Shown one piece after another: positions 15,556 to 16,020 of a DNA stretch of 16,020 bases. Position 1 is the first letter of the stretch. Each line of letters starts with the position of its first letter. The notes under the pieces are model-generated. The model worked only from the letters and a program-made list of their open reading frames with translations. It was not told where the DNA came from and did not search any database. The DNA is from Bdellovibrionia bacterium (GTDB lineage Bacteria > Bdellovibrionota > UBA1018). The stretch spans positions 1 to 16,020 of the forward strand of contig JBJMMA010000197.1 of the NCBI GenBank assembly GCA_045805065.1. The letters are read 5' to 3'. Both the position numbers and the translations under genes were made by a program.

Positions 15556-16020
15556 CTAGATCCAAGTTTTCCAGCTCGTTGATTTAAAATTTCCTGCGTA
15601 GCCTGTTTCAGATAATTGCCATAAGGGCTATTTCCATAGAGGCCAGCTAGGTGTTTCATTTGAGCTTCGTCGATGTATTTTTTATAAAATGCAATTTCTT
15701 CAATGCAAGCGACTTTAAGTCCCTGGCGTTGTTCAATCGTTTGGACAAAATGAGATGCTATAATCAGTGAGTCGTAAGTGCCACTATCGAGCCAGGCCAC
15801 ACCACGGCCAAAACACTCGACTTCGAGTGTTTCTTGCTTAAGATACTTTTGATTGAGATCCGTGATCTCAAGTTCTCCTCGAGGAGAAGGCGTCAGGCTT
15901 CGGGCCACTTCTGAAACAGTTCCATCGTAAAAATAAAGACCCGTTACTGCATAGTTAGATTTTGGGGACTTAGGCTTTTCTTCAAGGCTCAGGACTTTGC
16001 CTTTATCGTCGAACTCTACG
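15552..16020 (-). CDS. rmlA: Glucose-1-phosphate thymidylyltransferase, 3' part (starts beyond the right edge)
   Basis: The frame is open to the window edge: VEFDDKGKVLSLEEKPKSPKSNYAVTGLYFYD...PSPRGELEITD...GRGVAWLDSGT...IEQRQGLKVACIEEIA...YGNYL, all RmlA/RfbA motifs. The ORF-track start at 15908 is an internal GTG. Confidence 0.96.
   Translation of the reverse strand, partial: VEFDDKGKVLSLEEKPKSPKSNYAVTGLYFYDGTVSEVARSLTPSPRGELEITDLNQKYLKQETLEVECFGRGVAWLDSGTYDSLIIASHFVQTIEQRQGLKVACIEEIAFYKKYIDEAQMKHLAGLYGNSPYGNYLKQATQEILNQRAGKLGSR

Noticed and set aside
15552..15908. 118-aa ORF suggesting a truncated rmlA
   Set aside because: The reading frame stays open with RmlA motifs to the window edge, so the truncation is a window artefact.

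Overview
Bacterial chromosomal window; the gene content tentatively suggests a Bdellovibrionota/Oligoflexia-like or other deltaproteobacteria-like host (inference). The left part holds a partial deoC (minus strand, missed by the ORF track) divergent from a plus-strand run: glycine-zipper membrane protein, a 1064-aa RNase E/G with a ~300-aa acidic insertion inside its S1 domain and a ~285-aa R/G/D-rich tail, prmA, and a DUF4234-like membrane protein. Converging on this is a long minus-strand run, in transcription order: rmlA (partial), extended SDR, split transketolase N and C subunits, GtrB/ArnC-like GT2, DPM1-like GT2, SAM methyltransferase, GT-C-like membrane protein, glutathione S-transferase, and a type IV AbiEi/AbiEii toxin-antitoxin pair preceded by a four-half-site operator. 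The best candidate for an undescribed system is the glycan cluster, which looks like a pathway that builds a ThDP-branched or chain-extended nucleotide sugar and delivers it via a polyprenyl-phosphate carrier to an extracytoplasmic acceptor. All assignments come from motif recognition by eye; no searches were run.
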